Positions 46,864-56,981 are shown, numbered from the stretch's first letter. The stretch: DNA of 64,000 bases from an uncultured delta proteobacterium (GCA_963745035.1 CAVUVW010000015.1:96001-160000); one strand, 5' to 3'. Numbers and translations: made by a program. The notes: generated from the letters alone by a model not told the origin.

Positions 46864-48412
46864 ATAACTTCCAGGCCCGGCTGCGGATGCGTTCGAGCAA
46901 CAGGCGCAAATCCGGCTCTAGGCGGCGGTCTTCTTCGACCACAGCAACGTCGGCACCGAGCGCATCCAACATGGCTTCAAGCGGCGCCTGCGGCGCTATC
47001 GCTGGCTTCAGCCTGCGCCGCAGCCACACACCCTGACGGGCGGCGATCAACAGTCCGGCCACCACTTGTTCGGTCAACTCGAGCACGCGCAGACAATCGC
47101 GCGCGGCGATCGTCCCCATGCTGACCTTGTCCTGGTTGTGGCATTCGGTGGAACGCGAGAACACCGAGGCAGGCATTGTCAACTTGAGCGCCTCAGCGGT
47201 CCAGGCTGAAACACTGATCTGCAAGGCCTTGAGCCCATGGTTGATCGCGGCTCTGGATCCAGTGACGCCGGATAAATTCGATGGCAAGCCATTGCTGTAA
47301 CGGCTGTCCACCAACAGCGCCATCTGTCGGTCGAGCAAATCGGCCAAATTGGCGACGGCATTTTTCATGCTGTCCATGGCAAACGCGATATGGCCACCGT
47401 AAAAGTGGCCGCCAAGGAGAATGCGTTCTTCCGCCGCGTCGATGATCGGGTTGTCGTTGGCGCTATTGAGCTCATTCTCGATCGATTCACGCATCCATGG
47501 CAGCGCATCGGCAAGAACGCCGATGACGTGCGGCGCGCAACGGATCGAATAGCGGTCCTGCAGCCGCTGATTGTCCTCTGCCGGCTGATCGGACGCCAGG
47601 TCGTGGCGCAGCCAAGCGGCAACCGCCTGCTGGCCGCGATGGGGCTTGACGGAGAACAGAGTGGCGTCGAAATGGTACGCGTTGCCGGCGAGGGCGAACG
47701 AGGACAGCGCGGTGATGCGGGTGGCGAGCCGCAGGAGATACTCGGCCCGCGCAAAAGCGAGACAAGCGAGCGCAGTCATCACCGCCGTCCCGTTCATGAT
47801 CGCCAGGGCTTCTTTCGGGCGCAGTTGATGCGGTGTAACCCCGGCCCGCGCGAGCGCTGCGGCAGCAGGCAGTGCGCCCTCGCCGTGCCATACCTCGCCT
47901 TCGCCGCAGAGCACGGCGGCGAGATAGGACAATGGGGTGAGATCGCCGCTGGCGCCGACCGAACCTTCCGACGGAATAACCGGCAGCAGTCCGTGCTGCA
48001 GGAGCCGTACTATTTGTTCCAGCAGCTCGACGCTGACGCCGGAAAATCCCTTGCAGAGCGACCCGAGACGCGTCGCCATGATCGCGCGCGTCTGCGCCGG
48101 GGAAAAACACACCCCCAGGCCGCACCCATGATAGGTATAAAGATGGCGCGATAGGTCCGTCATGAGTTGCGGCTCGACCGGCACGTTGCAGGAGTCGCCG
48201 TAGCCGGTGGTGACGCCGTAAATCGCGCCTTCCTTGAGCAAAACACGGTCGAGAAACTCGGCGCCGCGCGCAATCATGCCGCGAAACTCCGCGGCATCCG
48301 ACAGGCGCACGCCGGCCGATCCATCTGAGATATCGACGATGTCTTCGATCGTGAGCCGTTCACTGTCGAACTGAACGACACGAGTTTCAGGTTTGTCTTC
48401 AGCGCGCTCCAT
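46856..48412 (-). CDS. MIO-dependent aromatic amino acid ammonia-lyase (HAL/PAL/TAL family)
   Basis: YGVTTGYG, GSVGASGDL (ASG MIO triad), QDRYSIRC, NDNP, HNQDKVSMG. Confidence 0.92.
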   Translation of the reverse strand: MERAEDKPETRVVQFDSERLTIEDIVDISDGSAGVRLSDAAEFRGMIARGAEFLDRVLLKEGAIYGVTTGYGDSCNVPVEPQLMTDLSRHLYTYHGCGLGVCFSPAQTRAIMATRLGSLCKGFSGVSVELLEQIVRLLQHGLLPVIPSEGSVGASGDLTPLSYLAAVLCGEGEVWHGEGALPAAAALARAGVTPHQLRPKEALAIMNGTAVMTALACLAFARAEYLLRLATRITALSSFALAGNAYHFDATLFSVKPHRGQQAVAAWLRHDLASDQPAEDNQRLQDRYSIRCAPHVIGVLADALPWMRESIENELNSANDNPIIDAAEERILLGGHFYGGHIAFAMDSMKNAVANLADLLDRQMALLVDSRYSNGLPSNLSGVTGSRAAINHGLKALQISVSAWTAEALKLTMPASVFSRSTECHNQDKVSMGTIAARDCLRVLELTEQVVAGLLIAARQGVWLRRRLKPAIAPQAPLEAMLDALGADVAVVEEDRRLEPDLRLLLERIRSRAWKLYD

Positions 48413-49370
48413 CAGAGCCCTTGTACGCCGGCAAGTGCCAAAAATCGTAGAAATTATACCATTGAAACGGCGCGCGGCGGCAGAAATGTTCGAGTCGTTG
48501 CGCGTAGTCCGCCGCGAGTTCGGCCAGCCTGCGCTCACGCTCTCGACGCGGCAAATGAATCGACTCGCGGAATAATTCGAAATGAATTTCCGCCACCCCC
48601 CCATGCCGCAACGTGAACAGCAGGTAAACCGGACATTGAAACAAACTCGCCATAACATACGGGCCCACCGGGAACGGCGCCGGCGCGCCGAGAAAGTTTG
48701 CCAGGGCAATCCGGGGACGAGGCGATACCGGAATGCGGTCGCCGGCGATGGCGATAAATTCTCCCAGCGCGATTTTCTCTGCGAAAAGAATAGCGGTCTC
48801 AGGCGACAACTCGGTGACTTGCATCAAATTCAATTGGCTTTCGGGATTGAGATGCGCCAGCAGGCGGTTAAATTTCTCCGCGTGCTTGGTATGGGTAAGT
48901 ACGGTCATTTTGAGCCCATCCATTCGCTCGGCTAGCACCCGGGACAATTCCAGATTGCCGAGATGGCAACAGATCAAGAGAGCGCCGCGCTTCGAGGCTA
49001 CTTGTGCGGCGATCAATTCTAGATTCTGGTATTCAACCGAGTTGTTGGGCACCCAGCCGCTCCACAGCAGCATCTTATCGAGAATGTTTTCGGCAAATGA
49101 GACAAAATGGCGCAACACGTGAAATCGCCCGGGTTTACGTGAGCCGATGCCGTTTTGCTGCGCCACGCGAAGCAAATAATCTTCCGACGCCGCCCGCGCC
49201 GCCGGCTTGGCAAGCATATACCAGATTACGACCGGATAGAGCACGACGCGGACCGGCCAACGCCCGAAAACCCGACAGAGCCAAAATAACAGGCGCATGC
49301 CGGCGATGAAGCTAAATTCATCGATGTGCGCCCAGTGGCGGCCGCGCACGGGAGCGAAGAGCGGTTTCAT
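48399..49370 (-). CDS. LpxL-like acyltransferase (C-terminal half of ApeJ)
   Basis: HLGNLE, IAGDRIP, FLGAPAPFPVGP, QWYNFYDFW. Confidence 0.85.
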   Translation of the reverse strand: MKPLFAPVRGRHWAHIDEFSFIAGMRLLFWLCRVFGRWPVRVVLYPVVIWYMLAKPAARAASEDYLLRVAQQNGIGSRKPGRFHVLRHFVSFAENILDKMLLWSGWVPNNSVEYQNLELIAAQVASKRGALLICCHLGNLELSRVLAERMDGLKMTVLTHTKHAEKFNRLLAHLNPESQLNLMQVTELSPETAILFAEKIALGEFIAIAGDRIPVSPRPRIALANFLGAPAPFPVGPYVMASLFQCPVYLLFTLRHGGVAEIHFELFRESIHLPRRERERRLAELAADYAQRLEHFCRRAPFQWYNFYDFWHLPAYKGSDGAR

Positions 49371-50110
49371 TGAGCGCTCCTATTGCGCGAGATCAAGATT
49401 GGCAATCGCTGCAGCATGCCGAAAAACAACTGGGCATGGGCGCGGGAAATCAACAAGGTGTCCGCCCAGGCGCGAAAATGCGACACGCCGTTCTTTGGAT
49501 AGGTCACCCGGGTGGGCACATTGATGATCTCCAGGCCGCTCCAGTACAGGCGCACCAGCACTTCGATATCGAAGTTCATCCGCTCGCCAAGACGGCAGCG
49601 TTGGTCGAGCGCCACCAACGGCGCCAGCGGATAGACGCGGAAGCCGCACATCGAATCTTTGATCTGGCGCGACAGAGTGTTGATCGAGACCCAAACATGG
49701 GTGAGATAGCGCGCCCAAAGCCGAAGCGCCGGCGCGCTCGGATCGTACTCGGGACAACCGACGATCAGCGCGCATGGATGCGCCGCCGCCTGCTCAAGAA
49801 AATGCGGAATATCGCCGACCCGATGCTGTCCATCGGCGTCGATTTGAAGCGCATGGCTATATCCGCTGCGCGCCGCGTGGCGAACCGCCGTAAGCACGGC
49901 GCTGCCTTTGCCTCGATTGACTGGATGGCGCATCAAAGTGATTTGGCTCGGTGCCGCGACGGCCAGCTCGTCGAGAACAGCTGCGCAGGCTGCCGAGCTA
50001 CCGTCGTCGACAATGATGCAAGGCAAACCGTGTCGCACAACGCCCTCCGCCACGCTACCGATCGCCCGTTCGTGATTGTACACGGGAATCACCGCGCAAG
50101 GACTAAACAT
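49367..50110 (-). CDS. GT2 glycosyltransferase (N-terminal half of ApeJ)
   Basis: VIPVYNH, VDDGS, QIDADGQH, DSMCGFRVYP, GVSHF. Confidence 0.9.
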   Translation of the reverse strand: MFSPCAVIPVYNHERAIGSVAEGVVRHGLPCIIVDDGSSAACAAVLDELAVAAPSQITLMRHPVNRGKGSAVLTAVRHAARSGYSHALQIDADGQHRVGDIPHFLEQAAAHPCALIVGCPEYDPSAPALRLWARYLTHVWVSINTLSRQIKDSMCGFRVYPLAPLVALDQRCRLGERMNFDIEVLVRLYWSGLEIINVPTRVTYPKNGVSHFRAWADTLLISRAHAQLFFGMLQRLPILISRNRSAQ

Positions 50111-51828
50111 GGTTGGCTCCGAAGAGGATTCGTCCGTTCGCATGGCGGCCGAGTGCCGATGTGATTTGGAAAGATATGGAAGATTTGGCCCGGTCATAGG
50201 CAATCTCGATCTTGACCGGGGTTTCGGGAGGAATGACGCGCTGAAATTTGAGCGCATGAACGCCGCGAAAGAGCGGCGGCAAATCGAAGCACTGTCGCCC
50301 GCATGCGATCACCCAGTCGACCTGCACCACTCCTGGCAAAATCGGTCGACCGGGAAAGTGGCCATTGAAATAGAGCAAGTTCCGCGGCGCAACGAGCTCA
50401 AATACGGCCTCATGAGAATGTTTTTCAACCAGACGTTTACGCGGCTGCGTCGGCCGAGTATTGCCGAGATCGAGCAACGCCCTAAGCTTGGCAACGGTTG
50501 TCTTACCCTGGGCATTGACCGGTAACGCTTCCGGGTAGCGCCAGATGCGCGGCAAGCCGACTGGTTCGATCGAGTCGACAAGCAAGGCGCGCAAGGCGCG
50601 ACTGAAATTCAGCCGGCCAAGCTCGGCTAGCCGTTGTCGACCACTCCCGGATGGAACGATGAATGCGGCCAGCCGTTGTCGGCTTCCCTCGAGGACAATG
50701 ATGCGTGCTGCCGTGACGAGAGGCGATGCCATGAGTAGAGACTCGATGGCGCTCAACGAAACGCGTTTGCCCTCGATTTTTGCTATTCGGTCGCTCCGTC
50801 CTCTCAGCAGAAAGCGACCTTCAGTTCCGGTCACCGCGCGATCGGCCGTGCGAAACCACTCCGCATTTGGCAAATACCCCGAACTGACTTCGAGCACTTG
50901 ACCAACTGGATCGATGCGCCAACGCACACCCGGAAAACCCGTCCACGCTTCGTCCGGTCCGTTCGTTTGCTGGCGCCAGGCGACGCCTCCGGTCTCCGAG
51001 CTACCGTAAACTTCTATGGGCACCTGTCCGAGTATGCGCTTGCATTCGCGGGCGCCCTCGAGTGCTAACGGTCCTCCTGACGAGAAGACCACCTGCAAGC
51101 GTCTTTCGCGCCGGCACCAAAACCGAATTCTCCTGCACCCGTTTCAGATGCGCCGGACTCGAAATCAACGCACTATTGCGCTGCGCCAAAGCGGTGCCCA
51201 ATTCCTCGAAAAAGGAAAAACTTGCGGCATGAATCGCGCGGCCAGCCGTAATCGGCCACAACACTTTGAAGAGCAAACCATAGATATGCTGGTGCGAGAC
51301 GGTCGCCACGATATCGGCGGCGCCAAGCAGCGCGCCGAATTGCGTTTCAAGCGCCGCGACTTCCACGGCTATCTGGGACAGTTTTTTCGGAATGGCTTGT
51401 GCCTTGCCGGTCGACCCGGAGGTGTACAGCACCAGTCCGAGGAAATCCGGATCGAGATGATGAAAAACATCCACTTCATCCATCGCGTCTTGCGCGGGGG
51501 CTTGAGGCTGCCACGTGGCGGCAAATTCTCCCAAATAACCGTCCACGCTTGTGCGCATAATCGCGCAAGTATCCAGCAAATTGTCACCGGGCAGGTAAAT
51601 CGTTTTCTCTGCCTGCCAAGCGCCAAATAATGCCGCAGCGAACTCGACGGAGTCGTCGAGATACAGCGCGAAGGCATGACCGGAAATTCCCGTGAGTAGC
51701 GCGCGCCACGCGCCCACGCGCCCGAGAAACAGCTCGTGGCTCACCGCCTGGCCTCGGCGCCAACCGACGGTGTGGCACGGTAGCCGTTCGGCGCTGAGCA
51801 CGTTCAACATGTCGAGCTTATTAGCCAC
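50103..51828 (-). CDS. AMP-dependent acyl ligase fused to a hotdog dehydratase (ApeH+ApeI-like; indel near 51103)
   Basis: YTSGSTGKAQ, HIYGLLF, YGSSETGG, GRSDRIAKIEGKRVSL, NAQGK, then FNGHFPGRPILPGV. Confidence 0.88.
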
Positions 51829-52372
51829 GCTGCCGCCCCATGACGCGCCGGCGGACGCAATATTCCCCGGCAAATAAAAGTCCTATAAGAATGTAGGCAA
51901 GAAAGCCGTTATAAAACGACCAGAGCGCCGATGATGCGTAGAGCGCCGTGTAGAGCGCGATGGCGCCGTTAAGGAAAAAAAATACGCACCAGACTTGGGT
52001 AACTCGCCGCGTATAGCCGATCGCCGCCGATGGCAGCTGCGGCTCGCGCATGCGCGCGATCCGCTCGATGGCGCTGGGTGGAACAATCAAACTATAGGCG
52101 AACACGCCGAGCAACGTCGCGCTGACGATCACTGGATAAAGCTTCAGCGGAAACATAGCGTTGCCCCAAACCGCCAGAAGCACGAGCAGCATGGTAGCGG
52201 CCAGCCACCAGCGCGTCGCCTGACTCATTTTCACAGTGACCAGCCGCGCAAATCCAACCAGCAACAATAACCCGGCAAGTGCGCGCGGCTCGATTCTTCC
52301 TTCGGCAAGCCAGATCGTCAGCGGATAAATCAAAGTGAGCAGTATCGCCAGAAAGGTCAACACGCGGCGCAA
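51821..52372 (-). CDS. APE membrane protein (ApeG/COG4648-like)
   Basis: LYPV, IERIAR, YTRRVTQVW..FF..NG, YNG..AY. Confidence 0.85.
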   Translation of the reverse strand: MRRVLTFLAILLTLIYPLTIWLAEGRIEPRALAGLLLLVGFARLVTVKMSQATRWWLAATMLLVLLAVWGNAMFPLKLYPVIVSATLLGVFAYSLIVPPSAIERIARMREPQLPSAAIGYTRRVTQVWCVFFFLNGAIALYTALYASSALWSFYNGFLAYILIGLLFAGEYCVRRRVMGRQRG

Positions 52373-52377
52373 CTCGG

Positions 52378-52641
52378 TTACTGCTCCAGCAGGCCGGCGA
52401 GCGCATCGACCACGTCTTGCACAGTGCGCACGCGCTTGAAAACTTCAGGTTGCAGTCTTTTGCCGGTCAGGTTCTTGAGTTTCACGGCGAGATCCACCGC
52501 GTCGATGCTGTCGATATCGAGCTCGCTGTACAGGTTCGTCTCCGGGGTGATTCTCGACTTATCCAGCTCGAACATTTCGTGCAGGATATCAACCACCCAA
52601 GGGTAAATCTCTTCCTTAGTCTTTGGAGTGGCTAGAATCAT
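52378..52641 (-). CDS. acyl carrier protein (ApeF-like)
   Basis: LDIDSIDAVDL. Confidence 0.9.
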   Translation of the reverse strand: MILATPKTKEEIYPWVVDILHEMFELDKSRITPETNLYSELDIDSIDAVDLAVKLKNLTGKRLQPEVFKRVRTVQDVVDALAGLLEQ

Positions 52642-52912
52642 TCAAGTCCCCCTCGCTATTGAAATTACTGTGGATCAAGACACCGAGCGTCCGAACGGAC
52701 GCAAAGTGGCGGCGGGTTTCCTCTGACTTGGCCGAAAGCGTAACTCCATAGCGCTTTTGGATGGCAACGCCCAGTTCCAGCGCGTCGATGGAATCCAACC
52801 CGAGTCCGTCGCCAAACAGCGGCGCGTCTGAGTCGATATCCGCCGGAGTGATGTCTTCGAGCTGCAAGACGTCGATGATCAACTGCTTTATTTCGTCTTC
52901 AGACGGCTGCAT
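52616..52912 (-). CDS. acyl carrier protein (ApeE-like)
   Basis: PLFGDGLGLDSIDALEL. Confidence 0.9.
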   Translation of the reverse strand: MQPSEDEIKQLIIDVLQLEDITPADIDSDAPLFGDGLGLDSIDALELGVAIQKRYGVTLSAKSEETRRHFASVRTLGVLIHSNFNSEGDLNDSSHSKD

Positions 52913-53678
52913 GGCGACAGCTCTTCTTGGAAAAATAATTTTGCAGATAGTCGGTTAAATGGCGCGCCGCCAAAACATCGCTGCCGGCTGCCGCGATAAA
53001 GGGCTGAACTTCGATGTCCTCATCAATTTCAATTTTGAAATGCGACGCGCGCGCCGGTAGCCGCCACCATTTCACTCCCTTAGCGAGCATGGCTGGCGTG
53101 GATTGTATGAGCACCGGGGTGATGTTGCGTAAACCGCGCACCGCGATATTGGCCGCGCCCCGTTTAAGCGCAATCGAACCGTCGGCTGGTGTCCGCGTTC
53201 CTTCGGGGAAAATAATCAAATTGCTGCCGCTGCGCACCGCTGCAATACAGTCGTCAATCAGACGCGATCCGTCGTCGTCATTACGAATATAGGCTGCGGC
53301 GCGAATGGTTGCATGAGTAAACGGGTTGCGCCATAGGGCGCTTTTCACGATGCAATTTGCGCGCTTCACGAAGGCGATCAAAAACACGATGTCGATCAGA
53401 GTTGGATGATTGGCCAGGATCAGCAGTCCCTGTCGCTCCAACCGTTCCAACCCGTTAATTTCGTACTGGAAGACGCCCATCGCCCGCATCGATCGAACGA
53501 TGCCGCGAAACGTAAGCCCGATCAGATGACGAGCGATCACGGCGCGGCGGTCAGGTCGCCGTACCAAAACATTGAGTAACGGAAAAAGAATGACACCGCC
53601 TATTCCCACCGGCAGAAATCCCAAGCCCGTGCCGAACACGCGCCAATAGTTCTGGAGACTACGGAGACTACGCAGCAT
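52899..53678 (-). CDS. PlsC-type lysophospholipid acyltransferase (ApeD-like)
   Basis: ANHPTLID, FPEGTRT. Confidence 0.9.
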   Translation of the reverse strand: MLRSLRSLQNYWRVFGTGLGFLPVGIGGVILFPLLNVLVRRPDRRAVIARHLIGLTFRGIVRSMRAMGVFQYEINGLERLERQGLLILANHPTLIDIVFLIAFVKRANCIVKSALWRNPFTHATIRAAAYIRNDDDGSRLIDDCIAAVRSGSNLIIFPEGTRTPADGSIALKRGAANIAVRGLRNITPVLIQSTPAMLAKGVKWWRLPARASHFKIEIDEDIEVQPFIAAAGSDVLAARHLTDYLQNYFSKKSCRHAAV

Positions 53679-54411
53679 GATGCGTCCATCGCCAGCGGCG
53701 CTTGTTGCATCTGCGATCCAAAATGGCGTCACCGCGCAAATGGAAGCGCAGGATTTCCAACCCGCCGGATAAACGCTGCGCGCCGAGACTGGCAGTATCT
53801 TTGTCGGCGGACCAGCGTAGCGAATAAAAATCACCCTTCGCCGATCGCATTAACCATGCCCAGGCATAGGGCTGCTCGAAGCAATCCTGAAAATCGGCAT
53901 ATACCTCGGGCAACGGGCAGTCGTACACGACCAGTAGCACCTCGGGCGCTCCTTCGGCGATCAACCCGCACGCCTCGATCACCGCGTTTTCAACCGAACT
54001 CCTACCCGCCGCAAGGGCGGCGCTGTTGGCATGATCAGCCCGAGCAATCGAAAACAAGCCGGCAGGAGCATTGTGCACTGACAAACCGAACGATGTCGGC
54101 GAAAGGGGAGAGCCGCGGGTCAGATCCGACAGTAGTTCCGCGGAGCGCGTGGCCTCGCCATGACGCGAGCTAAACACGAGCGGAACGTTAGTCCGGTTTT
54201 CTAAACAGCGATAGGCGACTTCAATGGCCATCTTGGCGGCAAAGCCGGCACGGCGCCGTAACATCGGGGTCATATTTTTGACCGGCGGTTGGTTGCTTCC
54301 GCTGATCAAATATTCGTCCTTGGCCCATGCCAACCATGCATCATCCGTTTCTATGCCGGGCGCCCATGCGGCATAAGAATCAATCGAGAACTGAATTTTG
54401 TTGTTATTCAT
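53668..54411 (-). CDS. ketosynthase chain-length factor (ApeC-like)
   Basis: PMLRRR, FSSRHGE, SPTSFGLSVHNA; short and lacking a catalytic Cys motif. Confidence 0.88.
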   Translation of the reverse strand: MNNNKIQFSIDSYAAWAPGIETDDAWLAWAKDEYLISGSNQPPVKNMTPMLRRRAGFAAKMAIEVAYRCLENRTNVPLVFSSRHGEATRSAELLSDLTRGSPLSPTSFGLSVHNAPAGLFSIARADHANSAALAAGRSSVENAVIEACGLIAEGAPEVLLVVYDCPLPEVYADFQDCFEQPYAWAWLMRSAKGDFYSLRWSADKDTASLGAQRLSGGLEILRFHLRGDAILDRRCNKRRWRWTHHAA

Positions 54412-54616
54412 GGTGACGTATCTGCTATAATCTGTCGTCGCTTATTTTAAACTAAACAAGAATAATCGACCAGCACATTCTATTTGCCCTTATCGTCAGA
54501 CTGAGTGCTGAACGACACTAGTTCATAAGTATCCGGAAGCCCCTCGTCAAATGTCCAGTAAACAGCGTAAAGCGCAACCATGACGGCTAAACTGAACATT
54601 ACTATTTCCGATATTA

Positions 54617-55126
54617 ATGGGCGCCATCCTCCTCTCGGGTTGTGCCGCAACCTACAATCATCAGGTCCTCAAAGAGGCAGAGGCAAAGCTCGAGAGAGGT
54701 AAGGGGGTATTTATTTCCACGCCAAAGAACGGGTGGTACGGGAAGACGGAATATAAAAATTCTGGAAAGATGACGGCGAATGCAATTAAAGCTGCATTCT
54801 CCAAACTTTCCAATAACGTGTTTATATCAGACGCGTGTACGGGATTGGAATGTTTACGTATCGTGCCGTCGGAAGTTTACGCGTACTACGTAGAACCAGA
54901 AATCTTACATTGGGAGGACAGAGCGACCGAGTGGTCTGGAATACCGGACAAAATAGAAATAAAAATCTCTATCTACGACTCAAGGCTCAACGCAGTTACT
55001 GCGGTGGTCATAAGTGGAAGAAGCAAGTGGGGAACCTTTGGTGGCGATCATCCTCAAGATTTATTGCACGAGCCAGTCAATAGCTACGTGCAGGGTCTCT
55101 ACCACTGCAGAAGCGGTTCACCTTGA
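54617..55126 (+). CDS. DUF4823-like lipoprotein (true start may be near 54580)
   Basis: LSGC lipobox, SGKMTA, ILHWEDRATEWSG.PD, GDHPQDLL. Confidence 0.7.
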   Translation: MGAILLSGCAATYNHQVLKEAEAKLERGKGVFISTPKNGWYGKTEYKNSGKMTANAIKAAFSKLSNNVFISDACTGLECLRIVPSEVYAYYVEPEILHWEDRATEWSGIPDKIEIKISIYDSRLNAVTAVVISGRSKWGTFGGDHPQDLLHEPVNSYVQGLYHCRSGSP

Positions 55127-55159
55127 CGGAGTAGACCAACTGGACAGCTAAGTCATCCG

Positions 55160-55531
55160 TCATTCGCCGTAATCTCGCACAACCTGGGATGGTCGAACGA
55201 TCCAAGACCCAGTGCACGAGCGGCGTGCGGTTTCGCCGATATCTCTGCCATTGGTTCCTCCATCGTAGTGACCTTCGACCCCAAAGGTCGCGGTGTAAGC
55301 TACCGCGGCAGACGCCTGGGTTCCAACGCACGTGACTGTTTTAGTCACCAAGTGGATCGGAGTAAAAACTATACTTCCGAGTATATGAAAGAAATTAGGT
55401 CTTCTCGGCGGACTAACGGAGTACGTACCTGTTTCCTGAATAGCCTCTTCCGCAATGCTAAAGCTCGCCGAACCCAGTAAGCTAGACAACATAAGAATGC
55501 CGCTTATAACCAACGAGAACGACTGTTTCAT
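55160..55531 (-). CDS. hypothetical exported protein
   Basis: Signal peptide, two Cys, purine-rich RBS upstream. Confidence 0.6.
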   Translation of the reverse strand: MKQSFSLVISGILMLSSLLGSASFSIAEEAIQETGTYSVSPPRRPNFFHILGSIVFTPIHLVTKTVTCVGTQASAAVAYTATFGVEGHYDGGTNGRDIGETARRSCTGSWIVRPSQVVRDYGE

Positions 55532-55899
55532 CTAAAGATACCCCCTTCTTCTATTTTGACTGGCAATTTGACCCTCTCGCCGTCGAGAAGTCAAGCCCAA
55601 AGCCTTGATTGAGTAGACGTGTTTGATTCTCACGCCGATCTGGTACGCCAGCCGCGCGGCCACACCGCGAAATCGTGTGGCGCCTTGACCTTCGCGGGCG
55701 CGTGCCGATTTGTCTCCAGGAAAGGTGCTATCGTCCCATTAATTGACCGGGTACTCCATCACTTGCGGGTTTCGGCTGGCGCGCGCTGGGCTGCATCAGA
55801 AAAGCGGATATAGAGAAAATGCACTAGGGCAGTGCTCTGAGTAAGAATAATGGGAATACCGAAAACTAATAAAGCCGAGACCATCGCAATCATCACCAT

Positions 55900-55980
55900 T
55901 CGCCGCAGCGGTCAACATGTTGTCCTGCAGCAGGGCAGCGGCGGAATCGTGGTAAAAGAGGAGATGCCGATGATATTCAT
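55900..55980 (-). pseudogene. N-terminal remnant of a NodU/CmcH-type carbamoyltransferase
   Basis: MNIIGIS-(shift)-FYHDSAAALLQDNMLTAAA, after which similarity stops. The ATG overlaps the upstream TGA. Confidence 0.7.
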
Positions 55981-56210
55981 CAAAATTGCTTGCGCGCGTC
56001 ATCATCTTGGACGCGGCGTTCGACCGAGAAGTCCAGCCAGGGGAAGTTTTCTGGATGTTGAGCAGATACAAAAGTATCTGGACAACCAGCCCGAAGGGAA
56101 GGACTATTAGTCAATAGAAATACAGTGAGCAAAAGTCGTGCTTGAAAATCGCCGATCTCCTTCGCGATAACAAGACAACATTGCCACAGCCTTTTGCGTA
56201 GCGAGCTCAA
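55980..56210 (-). pseudogene. degraded small membrane protein of the type found upstream of carbamoyltransferases (SxtJ-like)
   Basis: LRKRLW..IAKEIGDFQARLLLTV; the shifted frame reads FY*LIVLPFGLVV..GW; the C-terminus is ARKQF. Confidence 0.55.
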
Positions 56211-56245
56211 CTACTACTTGGTGGCACCCGACGCGGTCGCGCCTC

Positions 56246-56977
56246 TCAGGCATGACGCTTTACGGCCGCCAGCGCATCGGGAAGCGAGAAAGCCCCGGCA
56301 TAGAGCGCCCGGCCGACGATCACGGCCTCGACGCCGTCTTTCTCCAGCGGCAGCAGATTTCGAATATCCTCGAGGCTGGAGACGCCGCCGGAGGCGATCA
56401 GCGGGATATTGACCGCGCGGGCGATTTTTCGCGTTTCGTCGAGATTGATTCCTTCGCGGGTGCCGTCGCGGCCGATGTCGGTGTAGATAATTCGCGACGC
56501 GCCGTCGCTCGCGCAGCGTTGGGCGAGCTCGACGGCGTCCATGGACGTCGTTTCGAGCCAGCCTTTGACCGCGACTTTGCCGGCGCGCGCATCGATAGCG
56601 ACAACGATCTTGCCGGGAAATTTTTTGCAGAGCGCGCGGAGAAACTCCGGATTGTCATAGGCGGCGGTGCCGATCACCACACGCGAGACGCCAAGATCGA
56701 GCGCCGCCTCGACCGCTTCCGTGGAGCGCAAACCGCCGCCGAGCTCGACGGCCAACCCGGGCTCCCGAGAGATCGCGGCGATTTCGCGGGTGTGCACCGG
56801 CCGGCCCTCGACCGCGCCGTTCAAATCGACGATGTGAATGAGACCGGCGCCTTCGGCGCGCCAGTGGCGCGCCGCGTCGAGTGGCCTGTCGAAGTAGACG
56901 GTTTCCCTATTCATGTCGCCCTGAAACAGGCGGACGCAGCGCCCGTCTTTGAGATCGATGGCGGGAAGGATGAGCAT
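56246..56977 (-). CDS. hisA: ProFAR isomerase
   Basis: ILPAIDLKDGRCVRLFQG, GGGLRS, YTDIGRDG, ASGGV. Confidence 0.97.
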   Translation of the reverse strand: MLILPAIDLKDGRCVRLFQGDMNRETVYFDRPLDAARHWRAEGAGLIHIVDLNGAVEGRPVHTREIAAISREPGLAVELGGGLRSTEAVEAALDLGVSRVVIGTAAYDNPEFLRALCKKFPGKIVVAIDARAGKVAVKGWLETTSMDAVELAQRCASDGASRIIYTDIGRDGTREGINLDETRKIARAVNIPLIASGGVSSLEDIRNLLPLEKDGVEAVIVGRALYAGAFSLPDALAAVKRHA

Positions 56978-56981
56978 GAAA

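Larger units (their letters stand above)
36733..54411 (-). other. aryl polyene (APE)-type type II PKS/FAS biosynthetic gene cluster
   Basis: Co-directional run: CLF, PlsC, two ACPs, membrane protein, ligase-DH, GT2, acyltransferase, ammonia-lyase, thioesterase, LolA-like, MMPL, flavoprotein, DUF3261, KS, DH, KR, KS, exported protein, PPTase. This matches the apeC-apeR order. Confidence 0.9.
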
